This document shows positions 18,449 to 32,800 of a stretch of 64,000 nucleotides of DNA, in pieces; the first letter of the stretch is position 1; each line of letters begins with the position of its first letter. The stretch comes from the human T2T-CHM13v2.0 reference genome, Homo sapiens. The notes below the pieces were generated by a model. That model searched no databases. It had not been told where the DNA came from and was given only the letters and a program-made list of their open reading frames with translations. The stretch lies in assembly GCF_009914755.1 (NCBI RefSeq), contig NC_060941.1, one strand, 5' to 3'. The translations under genes were made by a program, and so were the position numbers.

Positions 18449-20116
18449 TTAGATATGTTTTATGACTTTAATCCTGGATGCAGCTTATGGAACCACATTG
18501 CTTCAAATGAGTGTAAAGCCGTTGAGGAAAAAAAAGGCCTATTTCAGATTTAGCACCCAGTCCTGTCTAGAAAGAACTTTCAGGTTTAAATTTAACACTG
18601 CCTTTTTTTCATTTCCTTTCCCTTTTCCTTTTCGTTTTCCTTTTGGCTTTCCTTTCTTTTTCTTTTTCTTTTTTTCGAGACAGGGTGTGATAGTGTTGCC
18701 CAGGCTGGAGTGCAGTAAATAGCACAATCATGGCTCATTGCAGCCTCGACCTCCCAGGCTCAAGCAATCCTTCTGCCTCAGCCTCCTGGGTAGCTGGGAC
18801 TGTGCCACCATGCCTGGCTACTTTCTGTATTTTTTATAGACATGGGGTTTTGCCATGTTGCCCAAGCCGGTCTCAAATTCCTGGGCTAAAGTTATCCTCC
18901 TGCCTTGGCCTCCTAATGTGTTGGGATTACAGGTGTGAGCCACCATGCCTGACCAACGCTGCCTTTTCTTTTCATGTGTTATAGTTGTGCATTAATAATC
19001 TCCCCAGAGCTGGGCACAGTGGTTCACACCTGTAATCCCAGCACGTTGGGAGGCCAAGACGGGCAAATCACTTGAGGTCAGGAGTTCGAGACCAGCCTGA
19101 CCAACATGGTGAAACCCTGTCTGTACTAAAAATACAAAAACTAGCTGGGCATGGTGGCACATACCTGTAATTCCAGCTACTTTGGAGACTGAGGCAGAAC
19201 AATTGCTTGAACCTGGGAGGCGGAGCTTGCAGTGGGCTGAGATGGTGCCACTGTGCTCTAGCCTGGGCAACAGAGTGAGTGAGACTCTGTTTCAAAAAAA
19301 TATATAGTAATAATCCACCTAGTAACAGTGAAGTTTTGTGTGAAGGAAAGGTGATATTTTGGAATTTTGATTTACATGGTTTGGTTTGTAGTGTTATAAA
19401 ATTAAATTTGGGATAGAGCAGTTTTGGAATATATCTGAAGGAGTTACAAAAGTACCAGTGGGAGAGAATTAAACATTGGTTTTATGTTAATAGTTTTTCC
19501 CCATACTGTGGGAACCCACCAAGAGAATTGCTTGGAGCCAGGAGTTTGAGACCAACCTGGGCAATGTAGCAAGTCCCCATCTTTCCAAAATATTTTAAAA
19601 CATTTGCCAGGCATGGTGCTTGCACCTGTAGTTGTAGTTACTTGGGAGGCTGATGTGTTAAGGATCTTCTAAGCAAAAAGATGGTGCCAAATTGCTTTAA
19701 ATGAGTGTTAACTGTGATTTAGATGGTTATTTCCAAATCCTAATTTGTAAATAGGCCCTAATCTATGAAAGAGATGAAATGATAAGAATAGCGTAAGAGT
19801 TTTTAAAAATATAAAAATTGCCCTTTATTTTGGGATGTCTTTCCCATATTTGTTTTTGCTACTGGGGGGTCAGCAGGTGATGATTAAAAATAGATAAAGA
19901 AAATACTAGTAATACGAGTACTGCAGATTTATTCTTTTATCGAAATTCAGGAGTCTGAAAATCACTAATTTACCTAATATGATTCAACAAATGAAATTCT
20001 TACATTGGTTGAAACATACATACCTCAAGAAATGAGAAAATAGTTATTTGGCACCTTTCTCCAATAAAGTTTTAAAACCAAGCAATTTTTTAAGTACCTT
20101 TGTTTTTCTTTACTAG

Positions 20117-20183
20117 GTTTGTAAATATTATCTCTGTGGTTTTTGTCCTGCGGAATTGTTCACAAATACACGTTCTGATCTTG
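20117..20183 (+). CDS. LUC7L3: LUC7L3 exon 2 (VCKYYLCGFCPAELFTNTRSDL-G; zinc finger 1)
   Basis: Acceptor TTTACTAG|, donor TTG|GTAAGT; 67 nt; Cys residues of the Luc7 CCCH finger. Confidence 0.98.
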
Positions 20184-20443
20184 GTAAGTGAATTTTCTGT
20201 GTAACTTTTATCAAATTTATGATATTTAAAATGTTGAATAGGAGTGGTGAAAGGAAAAAAACTGATTATAATTCTGTGAAGTTTTTTCTTAAAGATTTGC
20301 TAATAAGTAATTTCTTACTTGGTTTAGATATTTGAATGTATTAATAAATGTCAGTCTGATTAAACATGGTGGCTTAATTAAACATACATGTCTATTTCCA
20401 CTCCCTCCCAAAACTCCACTTAAATGAAAAAAATTTTAAAAAG

Positions 20444-20636
20444 ATGTATTTGGAAGAGGAGATAACATTAGAGATGTCAGCAAATTTTTGGAAGATGACA
20501 AGTGGATGGAGGAGTAGCAGCAAACGCAACAGAGCAGAGCAACCTGTACCCTAAAAGCCTGCAGAAGGGGATACTAAACAGAAGCGAGTGTTTGATCAGC
20601 AGAACCCTGGACAGGCTCAGGATTTGGAGGCACCAG
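20444..20636 (+). other. LUC7L3: LUC7L3 stop-containing cassette exon in intron 2 (DVFGRGDNIRDVSKFLEDDKWMEE*; 79-aa product or NMD)
   Basis: AAG| acceptor at 20443 in phase with exon 2; TAG at 20515-20517; donor CAG|GTACCA at 20637. Peptide matches my recollection of a short annotated isoform; the acceptor has a weak pyrimidine tract. Confidence 0.7.
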
Positions 20637-20701
20637 GTACCACAGAAGGCAGGGTTGAGTCATGGGGCTGAAAATGAGAGAGATTAGTCTGTAGTCTAGT
20701 T

Positions 20702-20892
20702 CAGGGTTTCTCAACCTTGACATTGTTGACATTTTGAGCCAGTTTTGGAGGGGGCTTTTCATGCATTGTGGGATGTTTAGCAACATCTCTGGCCTTTACC
20801 CACTAGATAACCAGTAGCACCCCCTGTTGTGACACCCCAAAATGTCTTCAGACATTGCCAGATGTCCCCCAGGATGCAAAATTGCCACTAGT
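20702..20892. mobile_element. MER20 (hAT-Charlie)
   Basis: CAGGGTTTCTCAACCTTGACATTGTTGACATTTTG...CAAAATGTCTTCAGACATTGCCAGATGTCCCC. Confidence 0.8.
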
Positions 20893-21499
20893 GTAGGTGG
20901 TCCTGTGCATCTGTTGATCTTACTCTCCTCCCCATAGACCCCAGGAGAAGAGAGGGTTATTTTCTGGAGAAATTGGACTAGAGAGACTAGTTTATCTGAA
21001 CCACAAAATAGAAAAAAATAATTGACTATTTCCTCAATTCTCTCAAGGATGGTACATAACCAGGATCATTCTGGATACATAAAAGAAGTCAATTCATTAT
21101 GTACAATCTTTGCCTTAGAGCATTAGGAGCATATTAAGGCAGGACCAGTCTAGATCTTGAGATTTCAGACACAGCAGGGGCAGTAGTAAGTTAAAAAAAG
21201 AATGTAAAACAGAGTAAATGAATCTATATTTTTATTGGTGGGGCTCTCCTCTGCCCTGTTCCTAGAAGGATACAGCCAGATGTTTTTCCCCAGGCAGAAG
21301 AAAAGAGGATTCTTCTCTAGAGAAAGTGAACAGTTCCTGAGAAGTGATCTCTGCAGGTACTGACCCTTGGGGAATCTCTTAAAAGAAAGTCTTACTGCCT
21401 GATTTTCCTATGATAAAGCCCATTCATGAGCTGACAAACCCTGCCTAATCCCTACTAACTTCCAGTCAGATTTTGGAAGTGTCTTTTTAAAAAATTAGT

Positions 21500-22320
21500 T
21501 GCTTGCCAAGGACCACCAGCCAGACGTTCGAAGAAAGCCTTCAACACAAGAGATTAACAAAACCAACAGAGAAAGAAGAATTTAGTGGAATTGGAGATAC
21601 TGGGGAAAGCAGAAGAGAGATTCTTCAAAATCTTAAGAAATTTAGTATCTTCAGAGACATATGAGAAGACACTATATTCTTCAGCAATAATACGATGCCA
21701 TAAAGAGGGAACTTGTGGAAAAAGTGAAAAACATTTTCTGAAAAACAGGTCTTAGAAATTAAAACTGAAGAAATAGAACTAAAATCACCAGAAAGATTTG
21801 AAAATAAAATTAAGGAAATTTACTGGAATATTGGGCAGTACGACAGAAGGATTTTTAAAAAACTTAGTCCAGGAACTGTACTACCAGCTTAATAGTTGTG
21901 GACAGAATAAAAGCAGAGGGAATTGCTTAAGAAAAAAAATTTGCAGTACTAAAGGACATTCATCTTTAGGTTGAGCAGGTCCTACAAGTGATCAGGACAG
22001 TGAATGAAAAAGATCCATACCTAGGCATACCCCTGTGAAATTTTAGAACACGGGGGTGGTGGGGGTGGGTGTAGGTCACAGAATTATGAATCAGAATGGC
22101 CTAAGACTGGTCAGTAACAACGGGGGAAGTTGAAGACATTGGAGAAACATCCTCAGGGTGCTGAGTGAAAATGTGTCTGCCGGAGGGGGAAAAAGACATT
22201 TTCAGATATACAGGGTCTCAACTGATTTATCTCCCACGGGCCTTTTCTCAGGAAACTCCACCAAAACATGTCCATAAACCAAGAAAGAGGAAAGAAAAAA
22301 CAAGAGATCCAGTAATTCTC
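21500..22320 (+). mobile_element. Ancient L1/HAL1 ORF1 relic (may extend back to about 20.4 kb)
   Basis: Degenerate translations KRSIPRHTPVKF* and IRMA*DWSVTT...WRNILRVLSEN resemble the L1 ORF1p C-terminal region; A-rich plus strand. Confidence 0.7.
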
Positions 22321-23461
22321 ATCTACTACAGAGCAGAAAAGGAATTCATCAGGACAATAATTCTATAGTGAGCTTAGAAAATAAGTATCCCAGATTGAAG
22401 TAAGGCAGAAGGCCCATGGAAGAAAATGAAACTGATGATGTGATATATTTTGAGTCATATGTGAAATTAGTATTGAGATAGTTTCTATAGCTGAGTTTGA
22501 AGTGTTTGAGAAGAATTTGAAAATATAGAGAAAAAACTAGGCTCACACCTGTAATCCCAGCACTTTTGGAGGCAAAGGAGGGCAGATCACTCGAGGTGAG
22601 GAGTTCAAGAACAGCTTGCCCAACAGGGTGAAATCCTGTCTCTACTAAAAATACAAAAAAATTACGCAGGCATGGTGGTGGGTGCCTGTAATCCTAGCTC
22701 CTTGGAAGGTTGAGGCAGGAGAATCCCTTGAACCTGGTGGGCAGAAGTTGCGGTGAGCCAAAATTGCGCCGCTGCACTCCGGCCTGGGCGACAGAGCAAG
22801 ACTCTATCTCAAAAAAACAAAACAACAACAACAACAACAGAAAACATCAGAAGTGTCTCATAATGAGCCTTTGTTTGGCCTGACAGTGAATAGTACTTGC
22901 ATAATATAAGCACCAAGTGTTTATTTATCCAAAAATTTTGATGTCTAGGATTGATAAATAGCAAAATAAGCATAGAATTTTAAAAGGTGGAGGTAAATTC
23001 GGGAAGAAATAGAGAAGAGTTAAGATAATTGCTTTTTAGAGGTGGGAAGAAGTAGGGGTTAGGTACTAGTCTAGTGCTATTTGACTTTATATACAGATTT
23101 GAAAATAATAAAGTCGGCAATGGTTCAGTTCAGTGGTCTGTCCCCATCAGTTTTCTTTAGTGGCAATAAGGAACAGTTTCCTTTCACCTTCCCTCCTTTT
23201 CTCCCTCCCTCCTTTACTTCTCTTTTAACCATATATGGTTGCTGTCCATTATATTGACTTTGAAGACTGAGCAGATCAATTTTATATCCTATTTGGTTAT
23301 GATGCTTCATGATTTAGTAGGATCAGTTTAGATGTCTACAAACTACTCAGTGATAAAGTGAATCCTTTTTCTTTTTAAAAAGAAAAATAACTCTTTTTTT
23401 TTGGCAAGAAAAGGTTGCTAATAATCACAGATAATTTATACAATTATATTTTTTCCCCCAG

Positions 23462-23501
23462 GTCCGTGTGAAAAAATTCATGATGAAAATCTACGAAAAC
23501 A
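23462..23501 (+). CDS. LUC7L3: LUC7L3 exon 3 (GPCEKIHDENLRKQ)
   Basis: Acceptor TTTTCCCCCAG|, donor ACA|GTAAGT; 40 nt; phase-compatible with exons 2 and 4. Confidence 0.97.
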
Positions 23502-23669
23502 GTAAGTTATTTTGCTTGTCATTTCCACCCCCCCAGTTATTAGTTGGTTTAAGTGGGACAAGGGTTGAGGAATAATTGCAATTAAATGTAAAATGAGTGT
23601 CTGAGAGAAGTCCAGTCAGTGGCTGGGGATAGTAAGAAAGTTCTATAGCTTCAGTAATGATACTGATAG

Positions 23670-24028
<359 letters not shown>

Positions 24029-24257
24029 TGAGACTTGTCCTAGGTCCAGGGTCATAGATCCAGTACAGTGGTAAAGCTAGTGGTTAAACCCCTGTGTAAA
24101 GCTCTATGATGAGGGGCAATCAGAAAGTCACTTCAAATACACCTGGTTTACCCTGCAGCCTAAATGGAATAGTCGTTGAGGCTAGTTAAGATAGAATATT
24201 TGAGTTGTAATGGCTGAAGATTTGGAAATGAGTACTTGTTTATTTTCATGTTACCAG

Positions 24258-24402
24258 GTATGAGAAGAGCTCTCGTTTCATGAAAGTTGGCTATGAGAGA
24301 GATTTTTTGCGATACTTACAGAGCTTACTTGCAGAAGTAGAACGTAGGATCAGACGAGGCCATGCTCGTTTGGCATTATCTCAAAACCAGCAGTCTTCTG
24401 GG
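24258..24402 (+). CDS. LUC7L3: LUC7L3 exon 4 (YEKSSRFMKVGYERDFLRYLQSLLAEVERRIRRGHARLALSQNQQSSG)
   Basis: Acceptor TTACCAG|, donor GGG|GTAAGT; 145 nt; overlaps ORF 24280..24468. Confidence 0.98.
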
Positions 24403-24812
24403 GTAAGTGAAGTCAATTCAGTCTTTGTAAACGGTCCTTGTTTTCTGGAGATTCAGAGACCTCCCTAATATTTTTGAAACTTGTCTTCTGTTCATTACTT
24501 TGTTCTTTAAAATGATATGAAACTTATAGGGCATTCATTTTTTTTCCAGTCTTTATTAGCAAACATAACACTGATTTTGCTAACCATAAGATTTTTCTTT
24601 GTTTTTATTTTTCTTGAGGCCAAGATTTTTCCCTTAAATAGTAGTAACTGACAATATGTGATTGACCAACAGAAGTTGAAGATAATTGAATTACTGTCCT
24701 TTCAATTAAGCATTTTAATTATTAAATAGAAATATTATGTATGGTATGTGCAAGTTTGCATGTTTATCTTTGTTTTCAACTTGTTGGTAATACGTTTTAT
24801 TGTCTTCAATAG

Positions 24813-24887
24813 GCCGCTGGCCCAACAGGCAAAAATGAAGAAAAAATTCAGGTTCTAACAGACAAAATTGATGTACTTCTGCAACAG
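24813..24887 (+). CDS. LUC7L3: LUC7L3 exon 5 ([25 protein letters not shown])
   Basis: Acceptor CAATAG|, donor CAG|GTGAGA; 75 nt in frame. Confidence 0.97.
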
Positions 24888-25279
24888 GTGAGAATTGTGT
24901 GCATTAATGTCAGGAAGTAATGTGAAACAGACATGTAACCAGCAAAAATACAAGGATGGGCCAGGCATGGTAACTCATGTGTATAATCCCAGCACTTTGG
25001 GAGGCCGAGGCGGGAGGATTGCTTGAGCCGGAGAATTTGAGACCAGTCTGGGCAACAAAGTGAGACCCAGTCTTTACAAAAATTAGCCAGGTGCAATGGC
25101 GTGTACCTGTGGTCCCAGCTACACACGAGGCTGAGTTAGGAGAATTGCTTAAGCCTACAAGGGCGAGGCTGTAGTTAGACGTGTCTGTGCCACTGCACTC
25201 CAGCTTGGGCAACAGAGTGAGACCTCGTCTTGTGTGTGTGTGTGTGTGTGTGTGTACATGTACATATATATGTATCTGA

Positions 25280-26240
<961 letters not shown>

Positions 26241-26312
26241 AGGCTGGAGGAGGTACTGAAAAGAGTAGGTGGCTCACACCTGTAATCCCAGCACTTTGGG
26301 AGGATTGCTTGA

Positions 26313-26683
<371 letters not shown>

Positions 26684-26867
26684 TAACACATCAGTTATAC
26701 TTTATTGAAGTATAAAAAAAATCCAGGATAAATTAAACCCAAAGAGGCTTTTGTAAATGAAACCAAACAAAAAAGATGGAAAACAACCACTAATGAACCA
26801 TGGGGAAAAAAGACAATAGTTGGGTTTGAAAGAAATCTTAACTGTTTTTTTCCCCTACTCTTCTAAG

Positions 26868-26972
26868 ATTGAAGAATTAGGGTCTGAAGGAAAAGTAGAA
26901 GAAGCCCAGGGGATGATGAAATTAGTTGAGCAATTAAAAGAAGAGAGAGAACTGCTAAGGTCCACAACGTCG
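26868..26972 (+). CDS. LUC7L3: LUC7L3 exon 6 (IEELGSEGKVEEAQGMMKLVEQLKEERELLRSTTS)
   Basis: Acceptor CTCTTCTAAG|, donor TCG|GTGAGT; 105 nt; Luc7 LGxEGxVEEA motif. Confidence 0.98.
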
Positions 26973-27069
26973 GTGAGTAAACCTTATTTCACATTATCTC
27001 ACCTGTCCGTTAACAGTTAGTAGGAACTCATTTTTATTTGAGAACCTTTGAAAACTGATGTTCCAAACT

Positions 27070-27230
27070 TAGAGTCAGCACAATTTGTAGCCCACAAGGT
27101 CTGTGGCATCTACTAAGCTCTGCCTTTGTGCAGTATGCAAGCAACTTTAGATAGTACAAGAAACAAATGGGTGTGGTTGTATCCCAATAAAATGTTAGCA
27201 AAAGGCCTCTCTGGCTTGCCAATCACTGCC
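27070..27230. mobile_element. MER58A-like (hAT-Charlie)
   Basis: GGTCTGTGGCATCTACTAAGCTCTGCC...AAACAAATGGGTGTGGTTGTATCCCAATAAAA. Confidence 0.65.
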
Positions 27231-27813
27231 TTAAACCATAAATTTTCATATGAGCCTGGTTTTATTTTCATTTTTGTTGTAATAAATTACTCAGTACATA
27301 CTTACATCTTTGTTAAAAATTAATACACCCTTAAATATCTAATTCTTTTAATTGGAGAATAGAATATACTTGTTTCAGATACTATTGATTGCAGAATGTA
27401 ATTGGTCATTGGTTCCTCCATATTGAATAGGATATGTTCAGATTATAGTCAATGTGCTTAGTTCCTTAATTAGTTTTGTATATGGACATTATTCCTTGAA
27501 CCTAAGCAAGGAATGTATTCATACTAAAATAGGTGGCTTTCTGAAAGGTGATTTAAATTTTGTAAGGTAATGTGGGTGTTGAACATTGAACAGTGGGTCT
27601 CAACATTTCTTCTGGATGATTCAGTAAGTTAGTTGCTGTTACCTTAAACATCCCTCTCTAAAAGTTGACCACTTGTAGTCCAATATTACTGATTTGGGGA
27701 AATGGAAAAGAGCAATTCACACACATTAGAAATCTTTTCTAAATGTTGAGTACTTTCCTGGGATTTGTTTCTCTTCCTCAGATGTTCTTAAAATAACTGA
27801 TTTATCATTTTAG

Positions 27814-27975
27814 ACAATTGAAAGCTTTGCTGCACAAGAAAAACAAATGGAAGTTTGTGAAGTATGTGGAGCCTTTTTAATAGTAGGAGATGCCCAGTCC
27901 CGGGTAGATGACCATTTGATGGGAAAACAACACATGGGCTATGCCAAAATTAAAGCTACTGTAGAAGAATTAAAA
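27814..27975 (+). CDS. LUC7L3: LUC7L3 exon 7 (TIESFAAQEKQMEVCEVCGAFLIVGDAQSRVDDHLMGKQHMGYAKIKATVEELK; zinc finger 2)
   Basis: Acceptor CATTTTAG|, donor AAA|GTAAGT; 162 nt; CEVCGA...DH..GK.H C2H2 motif of Luc7. Confidence 0.98.
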
Positions 27976-28100
27976 GTAAGTTTTTTTGTTTGTTTTGAGG
28001 CAGATTCTTGCTCTGTCACCTAGAGTGCAGTGACGCGATCTCAGCTCACTGCCACCTCCACCTCCCAGGTTTAAGCAATTCTCATGCCTCAGCCTCCTGA

Positions 28101-28373
<273 letters not shown>

Positions 28374-28881
28374 TGAACTCCTGCCTCAGGTGATCCGTCC
28401 TCCTCAGCCTCCCAAAGTGCTGAGCCACTGCGCTCGGCCAGCGTAAATTTCTTCTAAAGATACATTTTAGCTATTAAAAAAATCTATTTTAGCTATAGCT
28501 ACAGCTTTTAGCTATCAGTAGCTATAGATAAAAATAACTATATTCTAATATGGCTTAAATGGAGATATGACCCTCTCATTGATATTTTCCTATGTGTAAT
28601 TATTTTTGAAGCATTGTGAGTTCTGTGAAATTTTGCTATTTATTGAACTATGAAAGCACTTGATTTTCTTAACTCTTGAGTGCCAGAAATTTGGGAAGAA
28701 TATTCCTGAGGATTAGACAAATAATGATACCTTGTGTATATACATGGTGTTGGAATGTCTACATTTCCCTTAAGGGCATCAATTCCATAAGTTGGTCTAC
28801 AGATAACTTCACATTAGTTGACCATTGTTTAACAATGCTTTAAAGTTACATTTGCATAAGAATCCAACTTGATTTTTCTAG

Positions 28882-29165
28882 GAAAAGTTAAGGAAAAGAA
28901 CCGAAGAACCTGATCGTGATGAGCGTCTAAAAAAGGAGAAGCAAGAAAGAGAAGAAAGAGAAAAAGAACGGGAGAGAGAAAGGGAAGAAAGAGAAAGGAA
29001 AAGACGAAGGGAAGAGGAAGAAAGAGAAAAAGAAAGGGCTCGTGACAGAGAAAGAAGAAAGAGAAGTCGTTCACGAAGTAGACACTCAAGCCGAACATCA
29101 GACAGAAGATGCAGCAGGTCTCGGGACCACAAAAGGTCACGAAGTAGAGAAAGAAGGCGGAGCAG
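28882..29165 (+). CDS. LUC7L3: LUC7L3 exon 8 (RE-rich coiled coil and start of the RS domain)
   Basis: Acceptor TTTTTCTAG|, donor CAG|GTATAT; 284 nt purine-rich; EKLRKRTEEPDRDERLKKEKQER...RSRSRERRRS. Confidence 0.97.
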
Positions 29166-29703
29166 GTATATATAAAACACCCTAAGACTGTCCAGCTCAT
29201 AATGGGTGTGCAATAACAATAATAACTACTAGTATTATTCCTTGGAATGGTACTTGGGAAGCTCTTAAGCATCTTTAAGTGATAGGATGGGTTGCGAGAG
29301 CGGAATCAGTGAATAAAATAGTTCCATCTTCGGGGCAACTTCTGTGCCATTTCCCACCTGTCTAGGAAATTTCACCCAACCTTTTTACAAAGTTAGAGTA
29401 CCTGATGGTCTCTTAAGTGCTTGTCTCACTGATTCCGAGAAATAAAATATGAAATCAGCCATACTGTTTTAATTATAATTACAAATTGAAGAAGAGTCTT
29501 AAAGAGCACAACGATAACCATCTTAGCACTATTGGAGATGAATTTAGAAAGATTTTCAATAATTTTTAGTTCTTAAGATTTCTAATGTAAATATGTTTTA
29601 GAGGGTAAGTTTTGCTTAGTCTTGTTAATTAATAGCATCTACTCCAAGGCCTTTACTTATTGTAATACTGGCTGAAGTTGCCTTTTGGTTTTAAATTATT
29701 AAG

Positions 29704-29864
29704 AAGTAGAGATCGACGAAGAAGCAGAAGCCATGATCGATCAGAAAGAAAACACAGATCTCGAAGTCGGGATCGAAGAAGATCAAAAAGCCGGGATCGA
29801 AAGTCATATAAGCACAGGAGCAAAAGTCGGGACAGAGAACAAGATAGAAAATCCAAGGAGAAAG
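29704..29864 (+). CDS. LUC7L3: LUC7L3 exon 9 (RS domain: RSRDRRRSRSHDRSERK...KSKEK)
   Basis: Acceptor TTATTAAG| (first of three tandem NAGs), donor AAG|GTTAGT; 161 nt; ORF 29678..29869. Confidence 0.95.
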
Positions 29865-32800
29865 GTTAGTTTATATGAGAATTCAGTTCATTAAGAAACT
29901 TTTCACACCCTAATCGCCCCACTCACTTTTCTCCAGACACAGGCAAAGATCCATTTCATACATACTCCTTTTCACTTTGAGGAATGCCATTCAGTAGGAG
30001 ACAGGCATTCTTTCCCCCTCTCCTACTTAGATTTGTGAAAATGACAGTTTATCTGGTGTTTTCTTAGATGTTAAAAACATCTTTCAGTTGATAAACCTGA
30101 AGGTTTTTAATGTAGCTTCTTTTAAGTGTTATATTACCTTTCGGGGTTATTAGGTGTAGGATTTATTATATTACCTTGGTTATTGGCTCCTTTTTTTTTT
30201 ACACACTGCAGTGTTTCATAATACGTCTTATAAAGTGAGTGTACATTGTTGCATTAATCTTCATTTGTAGCATTCATTTAAGTTAGTAATTAACATCTAA
30301 GTACCTAGAAGTTGAATTGCTTACATGTGTCTTACCCACGTTTTCAATGGGATCAACATGCTCTTTCCCCTTTACTTTTTCTTTTTTCTTTTTCTTTTTT
30401 TTTTTTTTTTGTGTGGCATCCCAGTAGCTGATTTACTGTGCTGTTGGCACTATTAATGGACTTTTTAATTTGTGTGGCATGTTTTCACAAGAATATTCTC
30501 ATCTAACTTAGCCTTTATTGGAAGATAATTCTGTTAACCACCAGGGTCTCCTTTCTGAGTTTCATGTTCTTCTATTTTGTATTTTTTATATAAAAGATAT
30601 AAAATATCTTTTATTTTGTATTGAATGAGCTGTTGTGCTTTGCATGGTTTTAGGAATGAGAGAAGGGGCCTATTTCTGATTTTCTCAGCTCTCCTTGTTT
30701 CATTTCATTCTACCTGTCTCCATGTTTAATCACCAGCATAATATATGTGCTACTATTAAGGTTTATTATACTAGTCTTTTGTGGGTTGTTTGTTTATTAT
30801 ATCCTTTAATAGAACTGTCCTGGTTTTTTGTTTTCGTTTTTCCTCTAGACTCAGCTAGAACTAGCAGCACAAACCATGGACATATTTTTTGGTCTCTGCT
30901 TTTATTTTCTTAAAATAAGCACACACTCTTTTTCTGAAATATTTAACATCTATTGGCTTTTACTGTAATGTGAGAAAGTGTTGAAAACTTTTGTCTTCCT
31001 GCCAGATGTGCTAGTGTTTGCCATTCAAGTTGAGAACTTGCTTCTGATTCAAAAGGCAGTTGCTACAAAGGGTTAACTGATTTAACATTAGATTTAAGAA
31101 TGTTTTACCTAATCTTTTTGCAAGACTTTCTGTGTAATGTCTTTTTGGGTTGAGAGGTCAACTCTTAAGAGCCAGGTATGACTGTCAGGTCAAATTAATA
31201 ATATTTGTTTTGAGAAAGTTTTTAGTTTTACATTTCCTATTGTTAGCTTTAGTTGCTCTATTCTGTGTTATCATTTGTGCCACTTAAAATTGTTGGGTTG
31301 GTTCTTAGGGATAAAAGCTAGCTAGCCTTCATAACTACTTGAAGTCAAAGTTGAGTAGTAAATGACACTGGCCTGACTAAAAACAGGCATATTTGTGTAA
31401 TTTCTGGATAGAGCAAAAAGATGTCCAGAGTTGCTTACCTTTAATCCTAAAATTGTAATGATGATGACATGAAATTTAGTGAAACTTTTTTTTTTTTCCA
31501 GACAGGGTCTCAGTGTCACCCAGGCTGAGTGCAGTGGCACGATCACAGCTCACTGCAGCCTCTACCTCCCCGGCCCAGGTGATCCTCCCACCTCAGCCTC
31601 CTGGGTGGCTGGGACTGTAGGTGCATACTACCATGCTTGGCTAATTTTTTTTTTTTTTTTGGGGGGGTAGAGATGGGGTTTTGCCATGTTGTCCAGTGTG
31701 ATCTCGATCTCCTGGGTTCAAGCAATCCTCCTGCCTCAGTCTCCTAAAGTGCTGGGGTTATAGGTGTAAGCCACCATGCCTGGCCCCTAGTAAAACTTTT
31801 CGTTAAGCGGAATAAGCTGAGTTACGTTTAGATTAGCAACAGACAGGGATTTTCCATGTGAGACTTGGTGCAAAGAGAGAAGTTACTAAGAAAACTGTAT
31901 CAGGCTTGTCTCCCATGATTGGGTATGCTATGATAGAGTTAAACATTGGAATCTCTTTTAGAAGTGATATAATTTATTGGCATTTTGAAAATGCTATGTA
32001 AAAATAAATTAATTAAAATCAGTGTGCAGATGAGTGAATTTAAAAAATGTAAAAAAAAAATACAGAAAAGAAACTACCATGTAGCCATCTAGGCACTCTT
32101 ATAAATGACTGAAGATCTGGACTTTGGGACCAGGTGTGAGCCACAGTGGGCATTTATTAATGGCAAATGAGAAAAAGCAAGTTTATTACTCCAGGTGCTA
32201 TGATAGAAGCAGTTTATCTTACTCCACAAATGAAAAGTGGTTTCTCACACAAAGCTGTCAGCAACCAGTGTAAGGTGCTCTCTTTGTCAAGAGAGTTTCC
32301 TTTTTTCATCCATAGCCCTAAAATCCACCACAAATTGTGGATGTCCTTAGGACTATTAAGATCTACCATATTTACATAGGGCAGAAGATAAGATTATTGG
32401 ACTGACTACTAGTCCTCTACGGGACAACAAGACGACTCTTCCTCATTGAAGCTACCTGTGCACCGGAGAAGCCCATAAGGCACAAAGGGAGGACTTTCCC
32501 ACAAGGTCAGTTAGAGCCCACTGTCCTGGCACAGTTCTCACAAGTGGACAGACAGACATGAAGCAAGTCTTGCGCTTAACTACTTGGACATTGCTTTGTG
32601 TATTATGCAAGTGTTACGGACTAAATATGCTCTTTTACATAAGATCTTCAGTTCTCTGAGTGGGTGCCCCTCCCATACCATGTTTTGTTTTTCATTACCA
32701 TCTCTTTCCTAGATATTTGGTGTTACGTCTTCATAACTGTGCAGAAACTATGTAGAGGGTTCTGTTTCTCTTAAAATGTCTTTTTGTCTAATTAACTACT

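Noticed and set aside
28829-29856. Minus-strand Leu/Ser/Phe-rich ORFs
   Set aside because: Antisense shadows of the purine-rich RE/RS exons 8 and 9.
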